Assembly: GCF_001194135.2 (NCBI RefSeq) | Contig: NC_068990.1 | Location: 90,960,203-90,994,996, forward strand | DNA from: Octopus bimaculoides | Lineage: Eukaryota | DNA: 34,794 bases | Direction of reading: 5' to 3' | The notes under the pieces: model-generated | Database searches by the model: none | What the model was told of the DNA's origin: nothing | What the model saw: only the letters and a program-made list of their open reading frames with translations | Translations under genes and position numbers: made by a program | Shown here: piece by piece, positions 12,560-23,514 of the stretch | Layout: every line of letters starts with the position of its first letter | Position numbering within the stretch: position 1 is the first letter of the stretch

Positions 12560-12835
12560 NCACACACGCACACATATCTTTGTGTGTGTACGTCTGTATA
12601 TGCATACATATACACATACGCACACACGAAGACGAAAGAAGGCAGAATACATACACACACATATCTTTATGTGTGTATGTCTGTGTATACACACACACAG
12701 AATGACGAGAGAAGGCAGAATGCATACACCCACATCCTTGTGTGTGTACGTCTATATATATGCATAAAGACAGACACACACACACACACACACACACACG
12801 TATCTTTGTGTGTGTGTACGTCTGCGTATGCATAA
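12560..12835. repeat. Degenerate ~70-85-bp minisatellite built on CA/TG microsatellites (about 4 units)
   Basis: ATCTTTGTGTGTGTACGTCT variants recur four times and GACGA.AGAAGGCAGAAT.CATACAC twice. Confidence 0.7.
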
Positions 12836-13146
12836 GTACAAATATATTAATACATACCCCCTTTCCCCGTCACACACACAGACACAGGCACACGCACACA
12901 CGCACACATATACATACATTTTTAGATGCGTCCATATATACGTACGTACATACCTACAGACATACATACATACATACAGACAGACATATTAAACGGCCCC
13001 GTTGTATCGTAAGGAAATGCCACACAATTCCACCATTCCATCCTCATAATTCCACCCCACCCCCCACTTTTTTTCCTCTATTTTTCGTTTTTTCATCCTT
13101 ATTTATAGCGTTTCTTTGTTTCGTCTTTCATTATCGTCGTCGTCGC

Positions 13147-13380
13147 TGTTGTTCTTGTTAATTGTTGTTCTTGTTAATTGTTGTTCTTGTTAATTGTTGT
13201 TCTTGTTAATTGTTGTTCTTGTTAATTGTTGATCTTGTTAATTGTTGCTCTTGTTAATTGCTGTTCTCGTTAATTGTTGTCCTTGTTAATTGTTGTTCTT
13301 GTTAATTGTTGTTCTTGTTAATTGTTGTTCTTGTTAATTGTTGTTCTTGTTAATTGCTGTTCTTGTTAATTGTTGTTCTT
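13147..13380. repeat. 16-bp minisatellite (TTGTTAATTGTTGTTC)n, about 14 copies
   Basis: Direct tandem units; ORF-track starts at 13338, 13354 and 13370 reflect the 16-bp period. Confidence 0.95.
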
Positions 13381-13694
13381 ATTCTTATCGTGCTTTATTT
13401 TTANNNNNNNNNNNNNNNNNNNNNNNNNNNNNNNNNNNNNNNNNNNNNNNNNNNNNNNNNNNNNNNNNNNNNNNNNNNNNNNNNNNNNNNNNNNNNNNNN
13501 NNNNNNNNNNNNNNNNNNNNNNNNNNNNNNNNNNNNNNNNNNNNNNNNNNNNNNNNNNNNNNNNNNNNNNNNNNNNNNNNNNNNNNNNNNNNNNNNNNNN
13601 NNNNNNNNNNNNNNNNNNNNNNNNNNNNNNNNNNNNGTATATCAAAGGTGTTTTTATATATGAACCATGCAAACATATCTCGTCACGTTTCAGT

Positions 13695-13731
<37 letters not shown>

Positions 13732-14747
13732 TCCATGCAGACACACACACACACACGATGTTCTTATGAATATATTCATATGCTTTGTACTTGGTTTTCT
13801 TCATGTTTTTTATGGCCCTCGGAGTGAAGATGAAAGACAGTCGATCGGGCATAAATGGCACGAAACAGATACGAATCGAAATACCAGAACATATTTTCGT
13901 TCGCCGCACCGACTTCTGCCTTCACTCGTCTTCGTTAAACACACACACACACTCACACATACACAATTTTATGTTACACACACACACAGACACACACACA
14001 CACGCACACTTACATAATTTTATATTACACATATACATACACATATATATATATAGAAATACATACATACACACACACACACATATAAGTATGTGCATGT
14101 GTATATATATGTGTGTGTGTGTGTTATAATTGTTATATATTATATATGTATATTATATATCATGTGTGTGCGTGCGTGTGTGTGTGTGTGTTTATTCTCC
14201 CAAACCGCTTCACAACCGGTTTTGGTTTTACTCTCCACCCGACACCCACCCCGTAATGTAGCACTTGGTCAAAAAGACACCGATAGAATAAATATCAGTC
14301 CTTCAAAAGAAGTACTGGCAGGGGTGGGGTAGGGAGTCAATTTATTCCACTGAAAAACATTTGGTGGTAGTGGTGGTGGTGGCGGTGGTGGTGGCGGTGG
14401 TGGTGGCGGTGGTGGTTGTGGTTGGTGCTGATGGCATCGGTGATGTCATGTCATTTGCCTGTTATGAGTCATTTCATATAATAATGTTCAGTCAAACTTC
14501 ACTGAACATCCGCTACGACCTTGTGTATTACGTAAAACCACGACTTCGGAAGTCTTCGCGGGATTTACCGTAATTTCATAAGTTCACCTGATGGGCCTTC
14601 GATTGTTTACCCTTCCCCCTCTCCCCAACCCTCATTTCTCTGTCCCACTTTTTCTCTTTTGTGTCTGACGTTTCTTGTATCACCTACTGATACACGCACA
14701 CGCACAAAGACAACACGCATATGTACAAATATATGTACATGTATGTA

Positions 14748-14786
<39 letters not shown>

Positions 14787-14829
14787 TTCTTGCAAATTAA
14801 ATATTCAAACTAGCTTCAAATGGTTGGTT

Positions 14830-14920
14830 GTATTTCGCCCGTCGCTGCGTTCTGAGCTCAAATTCCGCCGAGGTCGACTTTGCCTTTCATCCTTTCGGGG
14901 TCGGTCGATGAACGAAGTAC
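14830..14920 (+). mobile_element. SINE family A internal fragment
   Basis: GTTCTGAGCTCAAATTCCGCCGAGGTCGACTTTGCCTTTCATCCTTTCGGGGTCG is nearly identical to the 20.2-20.5 kb copies. Confidence 0.85.
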
Positions 14921-15179
14921 AAGGAAAAACTAGTGAAATACGTAAACAACGAGAAAAAAACCCCCCAGAAAACAGGACAAGTTAACAGATAAACGACCCT
15001 TCATCAGTTGTCGGCTGTCTGTCTACTCCGCATTTCGCACATTCAACGACAACATCAGTCTACAAAGACAATTGCTCCCTTAAATTCTACAATTTATTAT
15101 ATATAAATACATACCCACACACACGTATATATATATAATGATGCCGATAAGGTGGGTTTCCCCAGAGTTACCATCTACC

Positions 15180-15315
15180 AAGGTCAGTAACAAGGCATTA
15201 GTCAGCCCATAACAATATTAGAAGGCACTTTCCCGAGGTAAGGCTCTGTGCGACAGAAGCGGCAACTACGTGGCTGGAAGGCAATCTTCTTGACCCCACA
15301 GCTGTGCCTGCGGTT
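15180..15315 (-). mobile_element. Old, degenerate SINE family B head
   Basis: Collinear remnants ACAAGGC.TT.GTC.GCCC...AGAAG.CACTT.CCC.AGGT...GTGG...GAAG.CAA of 24640-24791. Confidence 0.5.
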
Positions 15316-15503
15316 GCGTTCTTGTGTGTTAGAAACTTTCTGAAAATGATACGTTGGTTCCGCAGGAAGTGCTTGGCATGTGTGGTGAAAGTAAAGGCAA
15401 GGCTGGTGTTGTTTCATTTGACATTACGCAGACCCGTATGCGTGCGTGCGAGCGTGTGTGTGTGAGTATGTGTACGTGTGTGTGTAAAGTTAAAAGTAAA
15501 AGA

Positions 15504-15535
<32 letters not shown>

Positions 15536-15574
15536 GCAGACAGAAACATATATAGATAGATAGATAGATAGATT

Positions 15575-15621
<47 letters not shown>

Positions 15622-16165
15622 GTATATATACATACATGCATGCATTCATACATACACACATACATACATACATGCATACATACATACATGCATGCATGCA
15701 TGTATACATACATACATACATACATACATACATACATACATACATACATACATGCATACATATATATACCGGCGCGAGTTCATGCCCACATACATAAAGA
15801 TACTTAAGCAATATAAAAAGAGAATGGATTATAGAAGTGGAGGGGAGAGATAGGTGAGTCTAGAATATGTGGGTGTATGTGTGTGTGTGTGTGTGTGTTA
15901 GTACATGAAAATAGTTTTAAGTTTCTAACCAATGAAATGGAGTTGATGGAGGGACAGAATAACCAGAGTGGAACCAAACGGAACTACAGGAAGCCTGCTT
16001 CTCCCTGCCCGATCTATTCATTATCCGTTCGTCAGCTGAATGGCTGCATTATGTTATAATCAGTGCTGGTGACATAACTAGTCGATCCATGCAGTCATAA
16101 CTGATGTCCAATGCCGCTGCTTTGAACAGCAGGCATTTTTCTACAGCCACGAAATGCGTGTAATG

Positions 16166-16209
<44 letters not shown>

Positions 16210-16304
16210 CGTGCATACATGTATAATATAGTATATATATATATGTATATACACATATATATATATACATANNNNNNNNNNTATATATATATATATTTAC
16301 ATGC

Positions 16305-16369
<65 letters not shown>

Positions 16370-16797
16370 ATGTATACATATATACATACATATATACACA
16401 CACATATAACCATATATATACATGTATACATGTGTGCATGTGTGTGTGTAGTATATATGTGTATGTCCACACACATACATACCACATATATATGATATAT
16501 ATATTTATGTATGTATGTATGTATTAATGAATGTAAATGTGTACGTAAGAGAGAGGGGGGTGTAGAGAGGGAAAGCGAGAAGGAAGAGACAGAGACAGAC
16601 AGGCAGAGACAAAGAGACTCAGAGAGAGACAAAGAGACTCAGAGAGAGACAAAGTGACAGAGACACAGACAGAGAGAGGGGGACAGAAAGAGAGAGAAAA
16701 CACCGTCTTTGTACGTGGAAAGTGCAGCTGACCTCATCGTTGTAACATCACTGACGCTCTAAGTATGCTGCTGCTTCGAGTGTTCATGTTACGTTAT

Positions 16798-16841
<44 letters not shown>

Positions 16842-17011
16842 ATGATGATGACGATGATGATGATGATGATGATGTCGATGATTGCTGACGATGAAGATTT
16901 ATGGCTCACGAGGGTGGTTGTTAATGGTGATGATAATGCTGGTGGTAGCGGTGATGATATTAACGTTGGTGATGGTAATTCCTCTTTCTAGGTCTGTTTG
17001 TCTGACATACA

Positions 17012-17042
<31 letters not shown>

Positions 17043-17199
17043 TATATAAGTATATATATATATATATTATATATGAGGCCGTTGTTAATATATATAGTTA
17101 ATATCAACGAGGCGGTCATTAGGTTTTGACAGAGTTGGATTGACATGTTTTGAGTATGGCTGCATGTGTTTATATATGTGTATTTATACGTGTGTATAA

Positions 17200-17285
<86 letters not shown>

Positions 17286-17299
17286 TATATATATATATA

Positions 17300-17487
17300 T
17301 AGTTCAAAAACACAATAACAAAAAAACAAAAAAACAACAAAGTGAGGACGTGATATGGATAGTATTATTGGACGCTCAGGAAAGGAAAGAGAGAGCGTAT
17401 GACGTTTCGGGCGTAGCCCTTCGTCGGAAAGATGGAAAGTTCGGAGAATGGAAGAACGGAGAAAGAGGAAAATTGTACCGATATATA
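17300..17487 (-). mobile_element. Penelope-like element terminal remnant, same family as 9630-9800
   Basis: Shared TTTCCTTTCCTGAGCGTCCAATAA downstream of a hammerhead motif. Confidence 0.6.
17398..17430 (-). ncRNA. Minimal type I hammerhead ribozyme motif with U4->C substitution
   Basis: Minus strand TTT-CCGACGA-A-GGGC-TAC-GCCC-GAAA-CGTC-ATA: 4-bp stem II, palindromic ACGT stem III and GUC triplet; predicted cut between 17401 and 17400. Confidence 0.6.
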
Positions 17488-17783
17488 NNNNNNNNNNNNN
17501 NNNNNNNNNNNNNNNNNNNNNNNNNNNNNNNNNNNNNNNNNNNNNNNNNNNNNNNNNNNNNNNNNNNNNNNNNNNNNNNNNNNNNNNNNNNNNNNNNNNN
17601 NNNNNNNNNNNNNNNNNNNNNNNNNNNNNNNNNNNNNNNNNNNNNNNNNNNNNNNNNNNNNNNNNNNNNNNNNNNNNNNNNNNNNNNNNNNNNNNNNNNN
17701 NNNNNNNNNNNNNNNNNNNNNNNNNNNNNNNNNNNNNNNNNNNNNNNNNNNNNNNNNNNNNCATACATACATACAGATATATA

Positions 17784-18642
17784 TTGGGTTGGCAACTAAG
17801 TTCCCACCGTTTTTTAAAATTTAAATCTTTTAAAAGGTTTAATAAACAATAACAACTAATTAATCAATAATGTATTCACCCTTGTTGTCTACAACTTCTT
17901 CCCAACGTTCAACAATATTTTCAATACCTCGTTGGTAGAAATCACCCGATTTCGACTCGAGAAATTGATCCAACCAAGCTCTCAGTTCTGCATCAGTATT
18001 GAACGAAACTCCGCGCATAGCATTTGAAACAGATCGAAAGAGGTGGAAATCCGTTGGTGCCAAATCAGGAGAGTACGACAGGTGTGGCAGCACTTCCCAG
18101 CCATGCGTTTGAATGGCTTCCTTGGTCATTTTGGCGATATGAGGGCCGGCGTTGTCGTGCAGCAGAATAACTCCATGCTGCCGATTAGGTCTTTTCTCTT
18201 GAATAGCCATGTTGTGTCGATCCATCTGTTGAACATAGAGTTCCGCGTTGACCGTTTGGTTCCGTTCAAGTAATTCATAATGGATAATCCCTTCCCCGTC
18301 CCACCGTACGCACAACATGTGTGTGTGTGTGTGTGTGTGTGTATAATCATATATATAAATATGTATATACACGCACACACATCCTGCATAAACACATGCA
18401 TAGATATGTATGTATGCGTGTATGCGTGTATGTATGTATGTATGTATGTATGTATGTATGTATGAAGACACCAGACGTACTATAAAATACTGTCTAGGTT
18501 GCTTTCATCGCATGACATATTTAGTGACACACAATAACATGTACTTTGTCTATTAAACAATATTTGTCTATCACCAGATGGAGTACTATTTTTGCTGATC
18601 TTACCCTCACAGAACATTATACATATTTATCTGACAACCCAA
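17784..18642 (-). mobile_element. Internally deleted mariner element (mellifera-like TIR)
   Basis: TA|TTGGGTTGGCAACTAAG TIR at 17784 and transposase 3' half. A possible imperfect opposite TIR TTGGGTTGTCAGATAA ends at 18642 followed by TA. A microsatellite fills 18319-18465. The 17784-18318 part is secure; the extension to 18642 is tentative. Confidence 0.7.
17860..18318 (-). pseudogene. Mariner transposase, C-terminal catalytic fragment (D34D)
   Basis: MLCVRWD...LLHDNAGPH...YSPDLAPTDFHLF...GEYIID*, with exactly 34 residues between the second and third Asp. The N-terminal half, including the first Asp, is missing. Confidence 0.95.
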
Positions 18643-18817
18643 TACGAGGAGGGACGATTTGATAAATTTTGTCTTTGTATTAGGTTTGCAAAATTCTTGA
18701 CGTGAACTATAGGGCTGAAACCATATTTTGTTGTAACTCTATTTTTTTGTAATATTTTGTTGTAACAATAAACACACGCAGTGGTTCTGTTTGATTTCTT
18801 TCTATTTTCCATTTGTC

Positions 18818-18841
18818 AATTGGTTAACTAGTTAACCAATT
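18818..18841. repeat. Perfect 24-bp palindrome
   Basis: AATTGGTTAACTAGTTAACCAATT is its own reverse complement; it extends to 18815-18844 with one mismatched pair. Confidence 0.95.
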
Positions 18842-18889
18842 AACTTAATGATTATTTGATTAATGATTCGGTCAGTCACTCATTCAGCC

Positions 18890-19020
18890 AAGTTTGTCAA
18901 AGTCCTTTCGTTGCCATTCGCGATCTCGTTATTGACAAGCCTTTTCTGCTCCAAGATTGTTAGAGAAGACATAGAAGTAATGAGTTTGCGAATGGCGACG
19001 GAAGGACTCTTGACAAACTT
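18890..19020 (+). repeat. Long imperfect inverted repeat / RNA hairpin
   Basis: 18890-18933 pairs with 18976-19020: 38 Watson-Crick pairs, 5 G-U, 1 U-U and 1 bulge on the + strand, around a 42-nt loop. Confidence 0.85.
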
Positions 19021-19084
19021 TGATAGACTGAAGGATTTATCACGCAAGAGATATTTTTGTGCGTATACGGAAATGTAGCATTTA

Positions 19085-19300
19085 AGATGAATTGGCAGAG
19101 TCTATAGAACTTCGGATAGAATGTCTTGTAGTTCTTGTTGCGACTCTTTGCAGCCTGAGTTCAAATCCCTCCGAGATAATTTTTGCTTTTCATGTTTTCG
19201 GGGTTGTTAATAAAAGGTACCAATCTAAAACTGTAAATTGGCGGAACTATTAGAACGATGGAATTTGTTCCAGCTCTTTGCGTTCTGAATTCAATTCCTA
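19085..19300 (+). mobile_element. Degenerate SINE family A remnants
   Basis: GAATTGGCAGAG...CTGAGTTCAAATCC...TTTTCATG.TTTCGGGGT...GTACCA, plus a second partial GCGTTCTGAATTCAATTCC. Confidence 0.6.
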
Positions 19301-19494
19301 CTATGGCTTATTCGGGTAGTAGTCTTAATTTGCCACCCTGATGCGATTACTTGGTACCCGTGATAACTTCATGGGGGTCCACTTTATTTCAAACATTCGG
19401 GTCAGATTACCGGTTTGATAATATCTCTCTTCTCCCAAAGACTGTAAAAGTCACTGCACTAACTTCCAGTCCCTGCCAAAAGACAAAAACAAAC

Positions 19495-19531
<37 letters not shown>

Positions 19532-19864
19532 TAATTCGTTTTATTAGCCACATGGCCTAATATCAATTAAAAACATATAAGGACAAAGACAGGACGAAGG
19601 TTACAAAAGGTTTTGTCCGAAAAGGTAGGAAAGTTCGTCTAAACAGAGGAAGAAAACGGAGAAAGATATAATAAATAAGTAGATAAATAAATAGATAAAT
19701 AAATAAGTAGAACACCCAAAGGGGGAGGCGCTTCGAAAAAGGAAAGGTTACACGTGGAAAAAACCATAAAACCACGGGAGCCTGGTCAGAAAAAATAAGA
19801 AAGGGGTATAGAGCCCTTTCTCCTTTTACATTACCTTTTTTTTTCTTTTTTTTTTCTCTTTATG

Positions 19865-19978
19865 TCCGTCCACCAAATCCACTCACAAGGCTTTGATTAG
19901 CCCCGGGCTATAGTAGAAGAGACTTGCCTATGGTGCCACGCAATGAGACTGAACCCAGAACCATGTGGTTGGGAAGCT
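19865..19978 (-). mobile_element. SINE family B head fragment
   Basis: CCAAATCCACTCACAAGGCTTTG...GCTATAGTAGAAGA.ACTTGCC...ACTGAACCC.GAACCATGTGGTTGGGAAGC. Confidence 0.9.
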
Positions 19979-20199
19979 AAAAGTCCTCCAAGATAATTAA
20001 TATACATAGTAGTTTATTCAGCGCAACATAACACAAAACCACGAACATGGATGAGATTAAATCGGCAGGTAATAATGATTTTATCGAAACTAGAATCCCA
20101 AGACAGCATCGTGGGACGAGAAGGATTTTAAAACTGAAGGCATCTAAAAAGTACCAGTCATTCTCCTCCTTAATCCAACTTTCATGTACAACATATCGA

Positions 20200-20367
20200 T
20201 ATTTCACCTGTCTACGTCCTGAGCTCAAATTTCGCCGAGGTCGACTTTGCCTTTCATCCTTTCGGGGTCGATATATTAAGTACCAGTTATATACTGAGGT
20301 CGATCTAATCGACTGGTCCCCCTTCCCAAACACTTTGTGCTTTGTGCCTAGAGTAGAAAAGAATATT
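20200..20367 (+). mobile_element. 5'-truncated SINE family A copy
   Basis: Near-identical to the adjacent full copy; ends GTGCCTAGAGTAGAAAAGAATATT. Confidence 0.9.
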
Positions 20368-20375
20368 TCTTCAAT

Positions 20376-20601
20376 GCGACGAGCTGGGCGAGCTAGAGCG
20401 CCGGGCGAAATGCTTAGCGGTATTTCGTCTGTCTTTACGTTCTGAGCTCAAATTTTGCTGAGGTCGACTTTGCCTTTCATCCTTTCGGGGTCGATAAATT
20501 AAGTACCAGTTGCGTACTGGGTCGATCCAATCACTGTGCCCCTCCCCCAAAATTTCGGGCCTTGTGCCCAGAGTAGAAAAGAATATATTATTATTATTAT
20601 T
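20376..20601 (+). mobile_element. Near full-length SINE family A with (TTA)n tail
   Basis: GCGAGCTGG head, GCCGGGCGAAATGCTTAGCGGTATTTCG, B-box-like GAGCTCAAAT, body, and TTA tail. Confidence 0.9.
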
Positions 20602-20895
20602 GATCCTAGGGTTTCAGGGATATCTCAGACAGTGGGGTTCGTCAATTATCCCTAGAGAGCTTCCTCTATCAGGAGGGCCACATTTCAATCATCCTCTCCG
20701 CCATTTTTTAAAACCTTTGTATGCTATGCATACGTCCCTTCTTTTTCCGTCTATACCGTGTGTACTTACTTTTCTTTTATCCTTTCATTATCATATACGT
20801 AAACCCCCCCACACTTTATGTCTGTGTCTGTCTTGTCCCCCCTCTTATCCTCCGCCCTTGTGGAAAATAATTATTACAGTCAAACATATTATATT

Positions 20896-20961
<66 letters not shown>

Positions 20962-21229
20962 GAGAAAGTAAAATCCGCATAAAGTGTTTTATGTCGGTAA
21001 AGCGACATCAGATGCATGTAACCTGTTGAATAGCAGAGAAGACATGTTGCTACGGAAGCGACACCAGTTACAGTTTATGAGAGGGAGAGCGAGTCTTCTC
21101 GACAAGGCCCGCACGCACCCGGTGGGAGGTGAAAAAAAAAAAGGAAACCCTCGACGGCCGATTTTACGAGAGACTCACTGTCTTCCTGCCCCGCTCCACA
21201 CCTCACCAAACTTTTTCTTTCTCTACTAT

Positions 21230-21802
21230 CTCTACGCTTATTTTCATTCCTTCCTTTCTCCCACTCTTTCTGCCTTTTCTCTCTCTCTCTCTCTCTCTTC
21301 CGAACACACACACACACACACACACACAAACGCGCAGACTCACACATTCTCTCATACCACTTACTCTTTCGTTATTCACGTATTTCCTCGATGTTTTTCT
21401 TCTCTCTATCTCTCTGTCGTTCTCATCTTTCTCTCTTTCTTATCTCTCTCATTCTTAACAATCTCTTTCTTATCTCTTTCTCTTTCTTACTTCTCTCTCT
21501 CTCTATCTATCTTTCTCATCTCTCTCTTTCTCATCTTTTTCGTTCTCTCTCTCTCTCTTTCTTATTTCTCTCTCTCTCTCTTTCTTATTTCTCTCTCTCT
21601 CTTTCTTATTTCTCTCTTTCTCTCTCTCTTTCTTATCTCTCATTCTTATCTCACTCTTTCTTTTTCTTTTTTTCTCGCTCTCTCTTTCTCATCTCTCTCA
21701 TTCTTATCTCTCTTTCATATCTCTCTCTCTTTCTTATTTCTCTCTCTCTCTCTTTCTCATCTCTCTCATTCTTATCTCTCTTTCATATCTCTTTCTTTTT
21801 CT

Positions 21803-21875
<73 letters not shown>

Positions 21876-22620
21876 TTCATCTCTCTCTCTTTCTTATCTC
21901 TCTCATTCATATCTTTCTCTCTCTCTCTCTCGCTGTTTCTTTCTCTCTCTCTTTCTCTCTCTATCCATCTCTCTCTCTCTCTCTCTCTCTCCCTCTCTCT
22001 CTCTCTCCCTATATTCTTCTCTTTCCCCTTTGTTATTCGACCGACCACATTCTGACCTGCTACAGCGACACCAGATACTTTTGCTCGTTCCGTCCATCTG
22101 GGACAGAATTCTGGGACAGAAATTCTTCTTTTTATCTCTCTCTCTCTCTCATTTTCTTTCTTTCACTCACTCTCTCTATCTCTCTCTCTTTCCACTCTAT
22201 CCTCTCTTTCTCTCTTTCTCTCTCTCTCTCTCACTATTCCTCCTCTCTATACATTCTTTTATTCTTCTCCCACCGTTCTTCCTCCCTTTAATTTTCTTCC
22301 CTGTTTACTTGGCCTCCCTTTTTTTTTACAGACCTTCTCTTTCTCTCTCTCTCTCTCTTTAAAATCTCTTTCACTCACTCTTCCTTCTTTCTCTTTCTCT
22401 TTCTCCTTTCCCCCTCACCCTATTTTCAATATCTCCTCTCCATTATCTCTTCCAATTCTTCCTCCCCTTCTTTCTCTCTCCCTCACTCTCTCCCATTCTC
22501 TTCTATTCATTCACAGTTCCTTTGAAGTTCCCCCATTTTTTCCTTATTCCTTATCTCTCTCTCTCTCCATCTCACTTTCCTCCTTAATTTCAATATATTA
22601 TTATTGCTTGTCTGTTATTA
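21230..22620. repeat. ~1.4-kb polypyrimidine/polypurine (CT-rich) cryptic repeat
   Basis: Mostly C/T on +, with internal duplications (for example a ~45-bp block repeated at a 68-bp offset near 21680 and 21750). Confidence 0.9.
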
Positions 22621-22767
22621 ATCCTCTTTATCTCTTTTTCACTTGGTCGCTTATCCGAGCTTATCCTCTCTAAAACCTCTTAATAGTTCTCTTTCACAAC
22701 AATCTTTCTTTTTTATCACTCACTTATCTCATTCAGTCTCTCTCCCTGTCGCTCTATTAGTTTTCCT

Positions 22768-22843
<76 letters not shown>

Positions 22844-23046
22844 TAACTGTCTATCTATCTAACTGTCTATCTATCTAACTGTCTATTTATCTATCTGTCT
22901 ATCTAACTGTCTATCTATCTATTTATTTATCTATCTATCCATCTATCTATCTATCCATCTATCTACCTGCCTGTCTTCTGTCTGTCTATCTACCTATCTA
23001 TTTATCTATCAATCTATCTATTTATCTATCTATTTGTCTGTCTGTC

Positions 23047-23160
23047 TTGGAGCTTTAGGTGTTTTCGCTCAATAAACACTCTTAACGCTCGGTCTGGGAA
23101 TCGAAACCGCAATCCTACGACTGCGAGTCTGTCGCCCTAACCACTGGGACATTGCGCCTC
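23047..23160 (-). mobile_element. tRNA-derived SINE family C (head and short body)
   Basis: Minus strand GGCGCAATGTCCCAGTGGTTAGGGCG...GGTTTCGATTCCC: A-box and B-box in tRNA spacing, followed by non-tRNA body. Confidence 0.8.
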
Positions 23161-23164
23161 CACT

Positions 23165-23170
23165 ATATAA

Positions 23171-23227
<57 letters not shown>

Positions 23228-23385
23228 CACGACACGCTTCTTTCAGTTTCCATCTACCAAATCCGCTCACAAAGCTTTGGTCGGTCCGAGACTATAGTAG
23301 AAGACATTTGCCCAAGGTGCCACGCAGTGGGACTGAACCCGGAACTACCTTGTTTGGAAGCAAGCTTCTTACCACACAGCCACGC
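23165..23385 (-). mobile_element. SINE family B head plus central microsatellite, 3' half absent
   Basis: Collinear with 24560-24791. Confidence 0.9.
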
Positions 23386-23452
23386 ATGTATGTATGTATG
23401 TATGTACGTACGTAAGTTCCTTTCTAAGTATTCCGGGCTGCTGTGTCATTGT

Positions 23453-23514
23453 AGGGTAGGGGTGGATCAGGGTAGGGGTGGATCAGGGTAGGGGTGGATC
23501 AGGGTAGGGGTGGA
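23453..23514 (+). repeat. G-rich 16-bp tandem repeat (AGGGTAGGGGTGGATC) x3.9
   Basis: Three exact units plus one partial; fits the G3+N1-7 quadruplex pattern. Confidence 0.9.

Noticed and set aside
12560-13380. CRISPR-like repeat arrays
   Set aside because: Eukaryotic context, no unique spacers and no cas genes; these are minisatellites.
15028-15058. Minus-strand CTGATGT...GAAATGCG as a hammerhead
   Set aside because: A9 is substituted, stem II does not pair, and there is no NUH triplet or stem I.
15930-16160. Unique island with several short open frames as an exon
   Set aside because: No consistent acceptor and donor pair and no recognisable peptide.
18863-19089. Open frames on both strands read as an exon
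   Set aside because: Largely coincides with the inverted repeat, has no recognisable homology, and the - acceptor falls within a SINE remnant.
20984-22362. 435-aa and 323-aa ORFs
   Set aside because: Ser/Leu/Phe-rich translations of the CT tract, which lacks stop codons for compositional reasons.
23047-23160. tRNA gene
   Set aside because: A and B boxes are present but there is no complete cloverleaf and it continues into SINE body sequence.
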